A DNA stretch of 64,000 bases. Origin: Microbacterium sp. (GTDB taxonomy: Bacteria; Actinomycetota; Actinomycetes; Actinomycetales; Microbacteriaceae). A model generated the notes under the pieces. That model had not been told where the DNA came from, made no database searches, and worked only from the letters and a program-made list of their open reading frames with translations. The stretch lies in NCBI RefSeq assembly GCF_047602155.1, contig NZ_JASGHZ010000001.1, forward strand, positions 1,204,961 to 1,268,960. The letters run 5' to 3'. Each line of letters begins with the position of its first letter. Position 1 is the stretch's first letter. Both the position numbers and the translations under genes were made by a program. Below, one piece after another: positions 16,352 through 28,035 of the stretch.

Positions 16352-19042
16352 TCAGGACGCCGGGGTCAGGATGAGCGTGTCGGTCGCGGCGTCCTTCACC
16401 TTGTCCAGGGTGAACAGCCAGCGCGTGTGCTGCAGGTGCTGCCAGTCGTCGACCTGATCGAGGTAGTTCGGGTGGAACGCGTGGCCGCTCGTGCCGGTGA
16501 GGTGGTTCCAGCGCGACGCGTCGAAGTCGGAGAGGTCGACGGTCATCCGCATCGACGGCACCGTCTGCGTCGCGAACGACCCGGAGCCCACGTACCACCC
16601 CGTCGCGTCGACGACGGCCGAGCCGCCGCCGACCGCGAACGGCCCGCGGTTGAACAGCGCCTCGATCGGTGCGATGCCGCTTTCGCCGAACGTCGAGTTC
16701 GTGAGCGTGATGGCGTGCAGCGAACCCCAGTTCCAGGCATCCGGGTTGTCGCTCTGCAGCCCCACGAGCCGGGTGTACGCGTCGGTCGCGGCCCGTTCCA
16801 GCATCGCGCGCTGGCCGGCCACGTCGAGCTGCGAGTTCGTCCACCACGGCGACGCCGGGTCGTCCAGCAGGTCGTCGACGACGACGAACAGGCGCGCCTG
16901 ATCCGACAGCGGCGCCGGGTCGGCGCGGCGTGAGAACAGATCCTGCGCGAGCTCGTCCCACAGCACGTTGGCGTACGCGGCCGCCGCCGAGTCGGGGCTG
17001 TTCTGCGCGTCCCAGCTGTCGAACAGGTCGAGCGCGCGCTGCACGCCGGCATCGTCGACGGTGATGTCGGCGTAGACGCCCGCGAGGCGCTTGCCCATCC
17101 AGAACTGCTGGTCGCGCTGGATCGCGGCCATGTCGTCGGCGGTCACCTTGCCCTTCGCGATGGCACGCTGCAGCAGGTCGGTGATGCGCGCGGCGCGGAA
17201 TCCGTAGTCGAAGTCCGACCCGAGGAAATACGGGTACGTCTCGTCGACCAGGCGATTGTTCGCCGTGACGATGTACCCGGATGCCGGGTTGTACGACACC
17301 GGCAGCTCCTCGAACGGGATGTACCCCGTCCAGTCGTAGGCCGGATCCCAGCCGGGCTGCGGCATGGTGCCGTCGCCGGCCCCGCGGATTGGGAGCTTCC
17401 CGGGCGCCTGATACCCGATGTTGCCCTGCGTGTCGGCGTAGATGAGGTTCTGCGCCGGCACGTCGAACAGGGATGCCGCCGCGCGGAAGTCGGCGAAGTC
17501 GTGCGCCGTGTTCAGCGCGAAGATCGCGGCCGCGGTGCTGCCGGCATCCAGCGCGGTCCACCGCAGCGACACGGCGTACTCGCCCGACGAGTCGGAGCCG
17601 CCCGCACCGCCCCCGGCGTCGTCCGGTCGCGCAGCCTCGTCTTTCGACCCGACGTACGGATCGTCGGCGATCGCCGTGAAGTCGCCGGTCAGGCCCGAGA
17701 CGATCGGGCCGTGCACCGTCGAACGCACCTCGATCGTCACGTCGTCGCCGCCGGCGACGTGGAACGTCTCGGTGCGGGTCTGAAGCGGCACGAGCTCGCC
17801 GTCGCGCCAGTACGAGTCGCCGTCGACCTTCTCGATGTACAGGTCGGTGACGTCGGCGGTGAGGTTCGTGAAGCCCCACGCGATGTCGGCGTTGTGCCCG
17901 ATGATGACCCCGGGCACGCCGGAGAACCCGAACCCGGCGACGTCGAACGGGCAGGCGCTGCCGACGGTGCGGCAGCGCAGACCGACCTGGTGCCACACGC
18001 TCGGCAGCGCCGCGCCCAGGTGCGGGTCGTTCGACAGCAGCGGCAGCCCGCTCTCGGTGAGGCTGCCCGAGACGACCCACGAGTTCGAGCCGATGCCCTC
18101 GCCCACGCCGCCGAGCAACGCCGACGCGGCTTCGACGACGCTGCCCACCTCGGTCCAGGCGATGGATGCCGAGGCCTCCGGTGCGGGTGCGTCACCGGCA
18201 TCCGTCCGGTACGAGGTGGTGACCGCCGACGAGGGGGCAGGGGCATCCGTCGTGAGCTGCGGCACGATGACGGGGTTCAGGTCGTACGGGTAGGCGGGAT
18301 AGAGCTCGGCGATCTGCGCGGGCGTGAGGGTCTGGGCGAGGAGGGCGCGCTCGGTCTCCTCCTCGACGTTGCTGCGCAGATCCCACGCCATCGCCTTCAG
18401 CCACGCGACCGAGTCGGCCGCCGTCCACGGCTCGATCTCATAGCCGGGGTTCTGCAGCCCGAGGATCGCGTACTCCAACGAGACCGCCGCGCCCTGGTGG
18501 TCGGCGAGGTACGCGTTGACGCCCTCGGCGTAGTCGTCGTAGTAGCTGCGGGTGACGGGGTCGAGCGCGGCGACCTCCTCCTCGGCGACGCGGCGCCAGC
18601 CGAGCGTGCGCAGGAACTCGTCGGTCGGCAGCTGGCTCGCGCCGAACAGCTCGGACAGGCGCCCGCTCGTGACGTGGCGGCGGAAGTCCATCTCCCAGAA
18701 GCGGTCCTGCGCGTGCACGTAGCCCTGCGCGTAGAACAGGTCGTGCGTCGAGTCGGCGACGATCGTCGGGATGCCCTGCACGTCGCGATAGACCGTCACG
18801 TCGTCGCCGAGGCCGGCGACGGCGATCGTGCCGTCGAGCTGCGGGAACGAGCGCTGGATGGTGAAGACCACGACACCGGCGAGGACGAGGGCGACGGCCG
18901 TCAGGCCCGCGACGACCGAGAACGCGATGATGCCGATGCGGCGGCCGAGCGAACGCCGGGGCTTGGCGTGCTTCTCGCCCGGGATCTGGTCGCCGGGCTC
19001 GGCCGGGGTGGCGGGGTCGTGATCGTATGCGGTGTCGGACAT
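16352..19042 (-). CDS. Penicillin acylase-family Ntn-hydrolase (penicillin amidase / acyl-homoserine-lactone acylase-like)
   Basis: Track ORF 16352..19288, trimmed to the ATG at 19042 (MSDTAYDHD...). It has an N-terminal TM anchor (IGIIAFSVVAGLTAVALVLAGVVVF). The beta-subunit nucleophile context is GIGSNSWVVSG. Total length is about 896 aa. Confidence 0.8.
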   Translation of the reverse strand: MSDTAYDHDPATPAEPGDQIPGEKHAKPRRSLGRRIGIIAFSVVAGLTAVALVLAGVVVFTIQRSFPQLDGTIAVAGLGDDVTVYRDVQGIPTIVADSTHDLFYAQGYVHAQDRFWEMDFRRHVTSGRLSELFGASQLPTDEFLRTLGWRRVAEEEVAALDPVTRSYYDDYAEGVNAYLADHQGAAVSLEYAILGLQNPGYEIEPWTAADSVAWLKAMAWDLRSNVEEETERALLAQTLTPAQIAELYPAYPYDLNPVIVPQLTTDAPAPSSAVTTSYRTDAGDAPAPEASASIAWTEVGSVVEAASALLGGVGEGIGSNSWVVSGSLTESGLPLLSNDPHLGAALPSVWHQVGLRCRTVGSACPFDVAGFGFSGVPGVIIGHNADIAWGFTNLTADVTDLYIEKVDGDSYWRDGELVPLQTRTETFHVAGGDDVTIEVRSTVHGPIVSGLTGDFTAIADDPYVGSKDEAARPDDAGGGAGGSDSSGEYAVSLRWTALDAGSTAAAIFALNTAHDFADFRAAASLFDVPAQNLIYADTQGNIGYQAPGKLPIRGAGDGTMPQPGWDPAYDWTGYIPFEELPVSYNPASGYIVTANNRLVDETYPYFLGSDFDYGFRAARITDLLQRAIAKGKVTADDMAAIQRDQQFWMGKRLAGVYADITVDDAGVQRALDLFDSWDAQNSPDSAAAAYANVLWDELAQDLFSRRADPAPLSDQARLFVVVDDLLDDPASPWWTNSQLDVAGQRAMLERAATDAYTRLVGLQSDNPDAWNWGSLHAITLTNSTFGESGIAPIEALFNRGPFAVGGGSAVVDATGWYVGSGSFATQTVPSMRMTVDLSDFDASRWNHLTGTSGHAFHPNYLDQVDDWQHLQHTRWLFTLDKVKDAATDTLILTPAS

Positions 19043-19245
19043 CGTCGTCGGAACGCTTTCGCGGGGGCGTCGGCTTCGCGGCGGTCGGAGGACCGGCTTC
19101 GGCCCCATGCCCCCAGTAGCTGAGACCGCTCTCGCATCGTAACGCGTGGCCGCGGCGGCGGCCGAATCTCTATTCTCCCCGGGGTGAGACGCCCGACGCG
19201 GATGTGCGCGTGCGACACTGGTGCCAGCCGGAGGGATGAGAGCGC

Positions 19246-19623
19246 ATGGTGACGCAGGTATCGGTGTTCCCGCCCGGCTGGGTCGCAACGCCCGACCGGC
19301 AGCGGCCGCCGCTGAACGACGAACGGCTGTCCCCCGACGAGGCGGCGCGCGTGGGCGCCTACCTCCAGGCCGGGGCCGTCGTCATGCACACGACCGCCCG
19401 CGGCGTCGATGTGCTCAACCACGACGAACCGGTCGTGCCGTTGACGATCCGCACCGACGGCGAGTACGTCTGGACCGGACCCGTCACCTACTACGTCGCG
19501 ACCTACGGCGTCGCTCCGGATGCCGGCTTCCTCGACTACCTGCGCGCCCGCGACTACGCGCCCCGCATCCCGACGGATGCCGAGATCGAGGCCGCCGCCG
19601 CCGTCTTCGCCCCGCCGCGCTGA
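19246..19623 (+). CDS. Hypothetical protein (125 aa)
   Basis: Track ORF with codon usage consistent with its neighbours. I recognise no domain. Confidence 0.45.
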   Translation: MVTQVSVFPPGWVATPDRQRPPLNDERLSPDEAARVGAYLQAGAVVMHTTARGVDVLNHDEPVVPLTIRTDGEYVWTGPVTYYVATYGVAPDAGFLDYLRARDYAPRIPTDAEIEAAAAVFAPPR

Positions 19624-19642
19624 GTCTGAGTTAGAGGTTCTC

Positions 19643-19733
19643 CCGGTCGTTGAGCGACGAGCGCAGCGAGGAGACGAAACGCGGTTCTCGTCTGATCACG
19701 TCGTTTCGTCTCGCTCCCCTCGCTCAACGACCG
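19643..19733. repeat. Long hairpin of the ccggtcgttgagcg...gagacgaaacgc family
   Basis: The arm ccggtcgttgagcgacgagcgcagcgaggagacgaaacgc pairs imperfectly with acgtcgtttcgtctcgctcccctcgctcaacgaccg. The same family occurs at 45003-45191. Confidence 0.8.
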
Positions 19734-19760
19734 ATTGGAGTCGGGTCGCGCTGAGCCGCG

Positions 19761-21278
<1,518 letters not shown>

Positions 21279-21280
21279 CT

Positions 21281-22480
21281 ATGACGGTCCCCTACCTCGA
21301 CCTCGCCGACACCGCGTTCGACGTCACCTCGACCCAGGTGCACGACGCGCAGGATGCCTCGTGGTACGCCGAGACCCCGTACGGCTGGGCGATCCTGCGG
21401 TACGAGGAGGGCACGGCGCTGCTGAAAGACCGCCGCTTCCGGCAGGGGAGTGCGCAGTGGCCCGATCAGAACGGCATCCACGACGGGCCGTGGCGGCAGT
21501 GGTGGCAGGAGACGCTGCTGAGCCTGGAGGGCGACGACCACCTGCGGCTGCGGAAGCTCCTCGGGCCGGCGTTTCGCAACAAGACGATCGAGGCGATGCG
21601 GCCGCGGTTCCAGGCGCTGGCGAACGACCTCATCGACGGGTTCGGTGCCCCGGATGCCGATGGCTTCGCGCGCGTCGAGTTCGTCTCGCAGTTCGCCGAG
21701 CCCTACGCCTCGCGGGTGCTCTGCTACCTGCTGGGGCTGCCCGACGAGCAGTGGCCGCAGATCGCGCACTGGGCCGACGACCTCGGGAAGTCCTTCGGCA
21801 TCCGGGTGCGCGACGACCTGCCCCGCATCGAGGCGGCGCTGGAGGGGCTGACCGGCTACATCGAAGAGGTCATCGCCGATCGGCAGCGGCATCCTCAGGA
21901 CGACCTCGTCACGACGCTCATCCAGGCGCACGAGGCGGGCGACGCGCTCTCGCGGCGCGAGCTGTCGGTCGCGCTCGTGTTCCTCGCGTTCGCGGGCATG
22001 GAGACGACCCGCAACCAGCTGGGCCTCGCGCTGCAGACGCTGCTCGCCCGTCCCGACCAGTGGGCGCTGCTGGCGGAGCGACCGGAACTCGGCGCCCGCG
22101 CCGTGGAGGAGGTCATGCGCGTCAACCCCACCGTGACCTGGGTGACGCGCGAGGCCATCGAAGACGTCGACCTCAACGGCCTGCGGGTGCCGGCCGGCGG
22201 CATCGTGCAGGTGCTGTCGCACGCGATGGGCACCGACCCGCGTGCGATGGCCGCGCACGTGGAGCTCGACATCACGTACGACGACCGCCCGCTGCACAGC
22301 GGCTTCGGCGGCGGCGTGCACCACTGCCTGGGCCACTTCGTCGCCCGCACCGACATGTCCGTCGCGCTGCCCCTGCTCGCGCAGCGGATGCCGGGCGCCG
22401 AGCCCGACGGCCCGGGCGAGTGGCTGCCCGTCTCGGGCAACACGGGCCCGGTGCGGTTCCCGATCCGCTACCGGGTCTGA
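21281..22480 (+). CDS. Cytochrome P450
   Basis: Track ORF of 399 aa. It carries the heme-binding loop FGGGVHHCLGHFVA, the I-helix AGMETT and the ExxR motif (EEVMR). Confidence 0.85.
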   Translation: MTVPYLDLADTAFDVTSTQVHDAQDASWYAETPYGWAILRYEEGTALLKDRRFRQGSAQWPDQNGIHDGPWRQWWQETLLSLEGDDHLRLRKLLGPAFRNKTIEAMRPRFQALANDLIDGFGAPDADGFARVEFVSQFAEPYASRVLCYLLGLPDEQWPQIAHWADDLGKSFGIRVRDDLPRIEAALEGLTGYIEEVIADRQRHPQDDLVTTLIQAHEAGDALSRRELSVALVFLAFAGMETTRNQLGLALQTLLARPDQWALLAERPELGARAVEEVMRVNPTVTWVTREAIEDVDLNGLRVPAGGIVQVLSHAMGTDPRAMAAHVELDITYDDRPLHSGFGGGVHHCLGHFVARTDMSVALPLLAQRMPGAEPDGPGEWLPVSGNTGPVRFPIRYRV

Positions 22481-22533
22481 CCCGCCCCGCCCCGCCGTCC
22501 CTCCCGCCCCGCCGTCCCGCCCCGGCCCACCAC

Positions 22534-22672
22534 CGCGAAACCTCACATATGTCCGCAAATCTCACCGAAACGGCCCGAAAAGCCGACATATGCGAGGTCT
22601 CGCGAAACCTCACAGATGTCCGCAAAACACCGCGGAAACGGGTCTGAAAGCGGACATTTGCGAGGTTTCGCG
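22534..22672. repeat. Two tandem hairpins of the cgcgaaacctcaca.atgtccgc family
   Basis: The unit cgcgaaacctcacatatgtccgc pairs with gccgacatatgcgaggtctcgcg, and cgcgaaacctcacagatgtccgc pairs with gcggacatttgcgaggtttcgcg. The element sits between two convergent genes. Confidence 0.85.
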
Positions 22673-22718
22673 GGAGAGGGGAGGGTGGCCGACGGGGGCG
22701 ATGGGGCGGGGGATGCCG

Positions 22719-23417
22719 CTACTGCGGCGCGCGGCGCTCGCGCCAGCGGCCGATGCCGATGACGGCCGTGCCGATCACGAGGAAGCCGGCGCAGATCGCG
22801 CCGATGTAGAGGAATGCCGAGCCGTACCCGCCCGGGCCGTGCGGGTCGAGGAACGGGTACGGATACCACCACGGCGCCGAGCCGTCGGGGTTCGCGACGA
22901 GCTCGCCGCGAACCATCGTGTACGCCGTCCACAGCAGCGGATAGCCGACGAGCACGGAGAGCGTCCACCACGGCAGCCCGCGGCGGCGCGGCGCGAGCAG
23001 CAGGTCGAGCACGAAGTACACGGGGAGCACGACGTGCAGCACCTCGACGGCGTAGGTGTCGAGCAGCGCGATGCCGGGTGAGTCGGCGAGGGCCTCCGCC
23101 GACGGCATCCCGCGCAGCAGCGCGTTGTAGACGACGCCGAGCAGGAGCACCGGGCCGGTGACGGCGGCCAGCGCGAGGGCGAGGGCGAACGGTTCGCGCG
23201 GGGCATCCGCATGCCGCAGACCCCAGCTCGCGCCCCAGGCGAGCACCGCGGCGCCGAGGATCGCGGAGATGATCGTGAAGAAGCTGAAATAGTCGGCGAG
23301 CACGAGTCCGAGGCTCTGCCCCTGCCGCACCGCGCGGTCGACGTTGACGACGAACCCGGCGGCGACCCCCGAGAGCGCGACGGCGGCCGCCGTCAGGCGC
23401 AACCAACTCCAGCGCAT
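22719..23417 (-). CDS. Integral membrane protein (Pr6Pr-family-like)
   Basis: Track ORF 22719..23777, trimmed to the ATG at 23417 (MRWSWLRLTAAAVALSG...). It has about 6 TM segments. The family assignment is from memory only. Confidence 0.5.
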   Translation of the reverse strand: MRWSWLRLTAAAVALSGVAAGFVVNVDRAVRQGQSLGLVLADYFSFFTIISAILGAAVLAWGASWGLRHADAPREPFALALALAAVTGPVLLLGVVYNALLRGMPSAEALADSPGIALLDTYAVEVLHVVLPVYFVLDLLLAPRRRGLPWWTLSVLVGYPLLWTAYTMVRGELVANPDGSAPWWYPYPFLDPHGPGGYGSAFLYIGAICAGFLVIGTAVIGIGRWRERRAPQ

Positions 23418-23529
23418 CGCGCTCCCTTCGTCGTGGCTTCGATTGTCCTCCGCGGCGCGGCGCGCCGGTGTCGGCAGTTTGGGGGACAGGCGGGGTCGAG
23501 TCGGCGGCGCGTGCGGCATCATCGGTGGG

Positions 23530-23994
23530 ATGAGACGGATCGACGTGGTGGGTGCCGTGCTCGTCGGCGACGACGGACGGGTGCTGGCCGCGCAGCGCGG
23601 GCCCGGCAGGGCACTCGCCGGCAGCTGGGAGTTCCCCGGCGGCAAGATCGAACCCGGCGAAGACCCGAGCGCGGCGCTGCGCCGCGAGCTGATCGAAGAG
23701 CTCGGCTGCGTCGTCGCCGTCGGCGGCCTCGTCACCACCACGATCCACGAGTACGACTTCGGCATCGTGACGCTCACGACGTACTACTGCACGCTCGTGT
23801 CCGGGACGCCGCGGGCGACCGAGCACTCCCGGCTGCGATGGATGCCGGCATCCGCCCTCCCGACCCTCGACTGGGCGCCGGCGGACCTGCCCGCGGTGGC
23901 GTGCGTCGTCGCCCGTGCCGACGGATGCCGGCATCCGTCGCCCGCAACCCCGCCCGATAGACTGGGGGCTCACCGTCCGATAGCGGGGGAGTAG
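23530..23994 (+). CDS. NUDIX hydrolase (MutT-like nucleoside triphosphate pyrophosphohydrolase)
   Basis: It lies within track ORF 23344..23994, starting at the ATG at 23530. The Nudix box is GSWEFPGGKIEPGEDPSAALRRELIEELG. Confidence 0.75.
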   Translation: MRRIDVVGAVLVGDDGRVLAAQRGPGRALAGSWEFPGGKIEPGEDPSAALRRELIEELGCVVAVGGLVTTTIHEYDFGIVTLTTYYCTLVSGTPRATEHSRLRWMPASALPTLDWAPADLPAVACVVARADGCRHPSPATPPDRLGAHRPIAGE

Positions 23995-23997
23995 CCC

Positions 23998-25284
23998 ATG
24001 CCAGGCATCGTGATCGTCGGCGTCCAGTGGGGAGACGAGGGCAAGGGCAAGGCCACCGACCTCCTCGGTGAGCGCACCGACTGGGTGGTCAAGTTCAACG
24101 GCGGCAACAACGCCGGCCACACGGTCGTGATCGGCGACGAGAAGTACGCCCTGCACCTGCTGCCCAGCGGCATCCTCTCGCCGGGTGTCAACGCCGTCAT
24201 CGGCAACGGCGTCGTCGTCGACCTCGAGGTGCTGTTCGCCGAGCTGTCGGCGCTCAACGCGCGCGGCGTCGACACATCGCGCCTGAAGGTCAGCGCCAAC
24301 GCGCACGTCATCACGCAGTACCACCGCACGCTCGACAAGGTCACCGAGCGTTTCCTCGGCAAGCGCATGATCGGCACGACCGGGCGCGGCATCGGGCCGA
24401 CGTACGCCGACAAGATCAACCGCGTCGGCATCCGGATCCAGGATCTGTTCGACGAGAACATCCTGCGCCAGAAGGTCGAGGGCGCTCTCGACCAGAAGAA
24501 CCACCTGCTCGTCAAGGTCTTCAACCGGCGCGCGATCACGGTCGACGAGGTCGTCGAGGATCTGCTGTCGTACGCCGACCGGCTGCGGCCCATGGTCTGC
24601 GACACCGGTCTGCTGCTGAACAACGCCTTGGATGCCGGCGATGTCGTCGTCTTCGAGGGCGGCCAGGCGACCATGCTCGACGTCGACCACGGCACGTACC
24701 CGTTCGTCACGTCGTCGTCGGCGACGGCGGGCGGCGCCTCGACCGGAGCGGGTGTCGGGCCGAACCGGCTCGACCGGATCGTCGGCATCGTCAAGGCGTA
24801 CACGACCCGGGTGGGGTCGGGGCCGTTCCCGACCGAGCTGTTCGACGAGCAGGGCGAGTGGCTGCGCACGCGCGGGTTCGAGTTCGGCACGACGACGGGC
24901 CGGCCGCGTCGCGTCGGCTGGTACGACGCTCCGATCACGCGGTACGCGACGCGCATCAACGGCATCACCGACCTCGTGATGACCAAGCTCGACATCCTCA
25001 CGGGCCTCGAGCAGATCCCGGTGTGCGTCGCCTACGACGTCGACGGGCGGCGATTCGAGGAGGTGCCGGTCAATCAGACCGACTTCCACCATGCCATTCC
25101 GATTCTGGAATACTTCCCCGGCTGGTCGGAGGACATCTCCGGCGTCCGCCGCTTCGAAGACCTGCCGCAGGCCGCGCAGGACTACGTCCTCGCGCTCGAG
25201 GCCATGAGCGGCACCCGCATCTCGGTCATCGGCGTGGGTCCCGCGCGCGACGGCGTCATCGTGCGGCACGACCTCGTCGACTGA
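23998..25284 (+). CDS. purA: Adenylosuccinate synthase
   Basis: Track ORF of 428 aa: [23 protein letters not shown]...[12 protein letters not shown]. Confidence 0.95.
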   Translation: MPGIVIVGVQWGDEGKGKATDLLGERTDWVVKFNGGNNAGHTVVIGDEKYALHLLPSGILSPGVNAVIGNGVVVDLEVLFAELSALNARGVDTSRLKVSANAHVITQYHRTLDKVTERFLGKRMIGTTGRGIGPTYADKINRVGIRIQDLFDENILRQKVEGALDQKNHLLVKVFNRRAITVDEVVEDLLSYADRLRPMVCDTGLLLNNALDAGDVVVFEGGQATMLDVDHGTYPFVTSSSATAGGASTGAGVGPNRLDRIVGIVKAYTTRVGSGPFPTELFDEQGEWLRTRGFEFGTTTGRPRRVGWYDAPITRYATRINGITDLVMTKLDILTGLEQIPVCVAYDVDGRRFEEVPVNQTDFHHAIPILEYFPGWSEDISGVRRFEDLPQAAQDYVLALEAMSGTRISVIGVGPARDGVIVRHDLVD

Positions 25285-25356
25285 TGCGCGGGCGTTGCGC
25301 ACGGCGGCGCGGAGCGCGCGGAGTGCGACCGAGTCGACACGCGTGAGGAGACACTG

Positions 25357-26412
25357 ATGCGCATCTTCCTGGGCGGGTACACCGCCGACATGGGCGGAAC
25401 CGCCACGGGCATCGGCGTGCTGCACGCGGGCGCGCTCGACGAGACGTCGGCGGGGGGTGCGCTGTCGCTGCGCGAGCCGGCGGTCGTGACCGACTCGCCG
25501 TCGTGGATCGCCGGGCACCCCACGCTGCCGGTGCTGTACGCCGCGCTCGAAGCGCGCCAGGTCGTGCAGGCGTTCCGTCGCACCGGCGAACAGACCCTCG
25601 TGCCGCTCGGCGCGCCGGTCGAGGCCGGAGAGGCCGTCTGCCACGTCGCCGTCTCGCCCGACGGGCGCGCGCTGATCGCCTCGTGCTGGGGCGACGGCCG
25701 GGTCGTCCGCATGACCCTGGATGCCGCCGGGGCGCCGTCGTCGTCGTCGCTCGCCCCCGCCGCCACCGACCCGTATGCCCTTTCGGGCATGGATGCCGCC
25801 GAGCCCCGCCCGTCGCGCGCGCACCAGGCGCGGTTCCTTCCCGGCGGCGGCCTGATCACGACCGACCTGGGGCTCGATCAGGTGCGGATCTGGGCGCCGG
25901 GTGGCGTGTCGCACGAAGCCGGGCGGGTGGTGCTGCCGCTCGGGTCCGGGCCGCGGCACACGCTCTGGCATCCCTCCGGCCACCTCTACGTCGTCACGGA
26001 ACTGTCGTGCGAACTGTTCGCGCTGGCACCCGACCCCTCGGGCTCCGGGGCGTGGCGGCTCGTCGGCGGCACGCCGCTGGCGCCCGGCACCGTTCCCGGC
26101 GTCGACGCCGCGGCCGAGATCGCGCTGTCGCGCGACGGCCGCTTCGTCTACGCCGGCATCCGCGGCTCGAACACGATCGCCGTCGTCGAGGTGCGCGGTA
26201 CCGGCGCCGAGCTGCGCCCGGTGGCCCTCGTCGAATCCGGCGTCGACTGGCCGCGGCACCACGTCGTCGTGCGCGACGAGCTGCTCGTCGCCGGGCAGCT
26301 GTCGAACGAGGTCGCCGGTCTCACGCTCGACGAGCGCACCGGCATCCCCGGTCGCGCCCGCCGTCGCGTCGAGGCGCCGAGCCCGACCCAGTTGCTGCCC
26401 GACCGCGCCTGA
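25357..26412 (+). CDS. Lactonase-family beta-propeller protein (6-phosphogluconolactonase-like)
   Basis: Track ORF of 351 aa. The N-terminus IFLGGYT..., the repeated SP(D/S)G..L segments and the PRH motif are typical of the 7-bladed lactonase family. The assignment rests on pattern recognition only. Confidence 0.6.
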   Translation: MRIFLGGYTADMGGTATGIGVLHAGALDETSAGGALSLREPAVVTDSPSWIAGHPTLPVLYAALEARQVVQAFRRTGEQTLVPLGAPVEAGEAVCHVAVSPDGRALIASCWGDGRVVRMTLDAAGAPSSSSLAPAATDPYALSGMDAAEPRPSRAHQARFLPGGGLITTDLGLDQVRIWAPGGVSHEAGRVVLPLGSGPRHTLWHPSGHLYVVTELSCELFALAPDPSGSGAWRLVGGTPLAPGTVPGVDAAAEIALSRDGRFVYAGIRGSNTIAVVEVRGTGAELRPVALVESGVDWPRHHVVVRDELLVAGQLSNEVAGLTLDERTGIPGRARRRVEAPSPTQLLPDRA

Positions 26413-26421
26413 GACGCACGC

Positions 26422-27606
26422 TCAGACGAGCGAGTCCTGCCGGGGGATGAAGATCTTCTTGACGATGAGCAGGATCGACGCCGTCACGGGGATCGCCACG
26501 AGCGCGCCGAGCAGACCCATCAGGGTGCCGCCGACGAGGGCGCCGATCACGACCAGCGAACCCGGCACCGAGATGGCCTTGTTCATGACCCGCGGCGTCA
26601 GCACGTATGCCTCCAGCTGCATGTACACGAGGTAGGAGGCCGCGAAGATCAGCGCCATGAGCGGGTTGGAGAACAGCGCCACCACCGATCCGATGCCCCA
26701 GAACAGCACGGTGCCGACGAGCGGGATGATCGTGATGACGAAGGCGACGACGGCCAGCAGCGCCGGGAACGGCAGTTGCAGCACCGTGTACAGGATGAAC
26801 GTCACGAGCGCGTTGAAGAACGCCAGCACGACCATGCCGCCGAGGTATCCGCCGACCGAGTCGGTGATCTGCTCGGTGAGGTCGGCGGTCAGCTCGCGGC
26901 CCCGGGCCGGCACCATCCGGTAGAACGCCTGCTTGATCTCGGGCAGCGTGGCCAGGAAGTACAGGCTCAGCACGATGACGATGACGAGGCCCGACAGCGT
27001 CGTCCCGATCGATATGCCGACCTTCAGCACCCCGCCGCCGATCGCGGCGATGTTGCTCGGATCGGTGAAGAACTTCTGCACCTCGGCGAGGATGACCGGC
27101 ACCTGCGCGCCGAACTGATCGTGCAGCCACGCGTACAGGTCCGTGGTCTGGAAGTTGGAGATGAGGTCGGGGAGGTCGTTGATGAACTGGGCGATCTGCT
27201 TGACCACCGTGGGCACGATCAGCCAGATCACGGCCGCGATGATCACGAAGAACGCGAAGAAGACGATCACGATCGCCCACGCGCGCTTCGTGCCGCGCTT
27301 TTCCAGGCGCAGCACCAGCGGGTTCAGGCCGAGCGCGATGAACAGCGCGAACGCGATGTAGACCCAGATCGTGGCCAGGCTGCTGATCGCCGTGCCGAGC
27401 GCGATCGCCGCGAGCGCGCCCAGCGCGAGGAAGAACCCCGCGACGAACGGGCGGTTGACGTTCGCCCAGACCTGTGGCCCGCTGCGCGCGCCCGCCGGGG
27501 CGACGGATGCCGGCGCCACCTCGGTCGTCCCTGCCGACGGTGCGCCGGAGGTGCGACGCCGCGCGCGTCGGGGGAAGGTCCGCCTGCCGGTTTCGTCATT
27601 GGTCAT
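26422..27606 (-). CDS. AI-2E family transporter (PerM/UPF0118)
   Basis: Track ORF of 394 aa. It has about 8 TM segments after a basic N-terminal tail, matching the characteristic family layout. Confidence 0.75.
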   Translation of the reverse strand: MTNDETGRRTFPRRARRRTSGAPSAGTTEVAPASVAPAGARSGPQVWANVNRPFVAGFFLALGALAAIALGTAISSLATIWVYIAFALFIALGLNPLVLRLEKRGTKRAWAIVIVFFAFFVIIAAVIWLIVPTVVKQIAQFINDLPDLISNFQTTDLYAWLHDQFGAQVPVILAEVQKFFTDPSNIAAIGGGVLKVGISIGTTLSGLVIVIVLSLYFLATLPEIKQAFYRMVPARGRELTADLTEQITDSVGGYLGGMVVLAFFNALVTFILYTVLQLPFPALLAVVAFVITIIPLVGTVLFWGIGSVVALFSNPLMALIFAASYLVYMQLEAYVLTPRVMNKAISVPGSLVVIGALVGGTLMGLLGALVAIPVTASILLIVKKIFIPRQDSLV

Positions 27607-27724
27607 GCTGACACTCTACGGCCCGGCTCCCCCGCGACGCGGGGTGACGACGCGGGAAATCGCCCGGATGACGCGGCGGGCACCGGCAGAACCGATAGGG
27701 TCGGCACAGACGGAGGGAGCCGCC

Positions 27725-28024
27725 ATGACCGACGCCACCGAGCGATTGACCGCCCTGCGCGCCAGCATCGACAACATCGACGCCGCGCTGATCTTCATGC
27801 TCGCCGAGCGCTTCCGCTGCACGCAGCAGGTCGGGGTGCTCAAGGCCCAGCATCGGATGCCGGCATCCGACCCCGCGCGCGAAGAGCAGCAGATCGCCCG
27901 CCTGCGCAGCCTCGCCGTCGAGGCCGACCTCGACCCGGAGTTCGCGCAGAAGTGGTTCGGCTTCGTCGTCGCCGAGGTGATCCGCCACCACACCGCCCAG
28001 CAGGAGGGCGCCGCCGCCGACTGA
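27725..28024 (+). CDS. Chorismate mutase (AroQ class, 99 aa)
   Basis: These are the last 99 codons of track ORF 27371..28024: MTDATERLTALRASIDNIDAALIFMLAERFRCTQQVGVLKAQHRMPASDPAREEQQIARL. Confidence 0.8.
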   Translation: MTDATERLTALRASIDNIDAALIFMLAERFRCTQQVGVLKAQHRMPASDPAREEQQIARLRSLAVEADLDPEFAQKWFGFVVAEVIRHHTAQQEGAAAD

Positions 28025-28035
28025 GCCTGCAGGGG

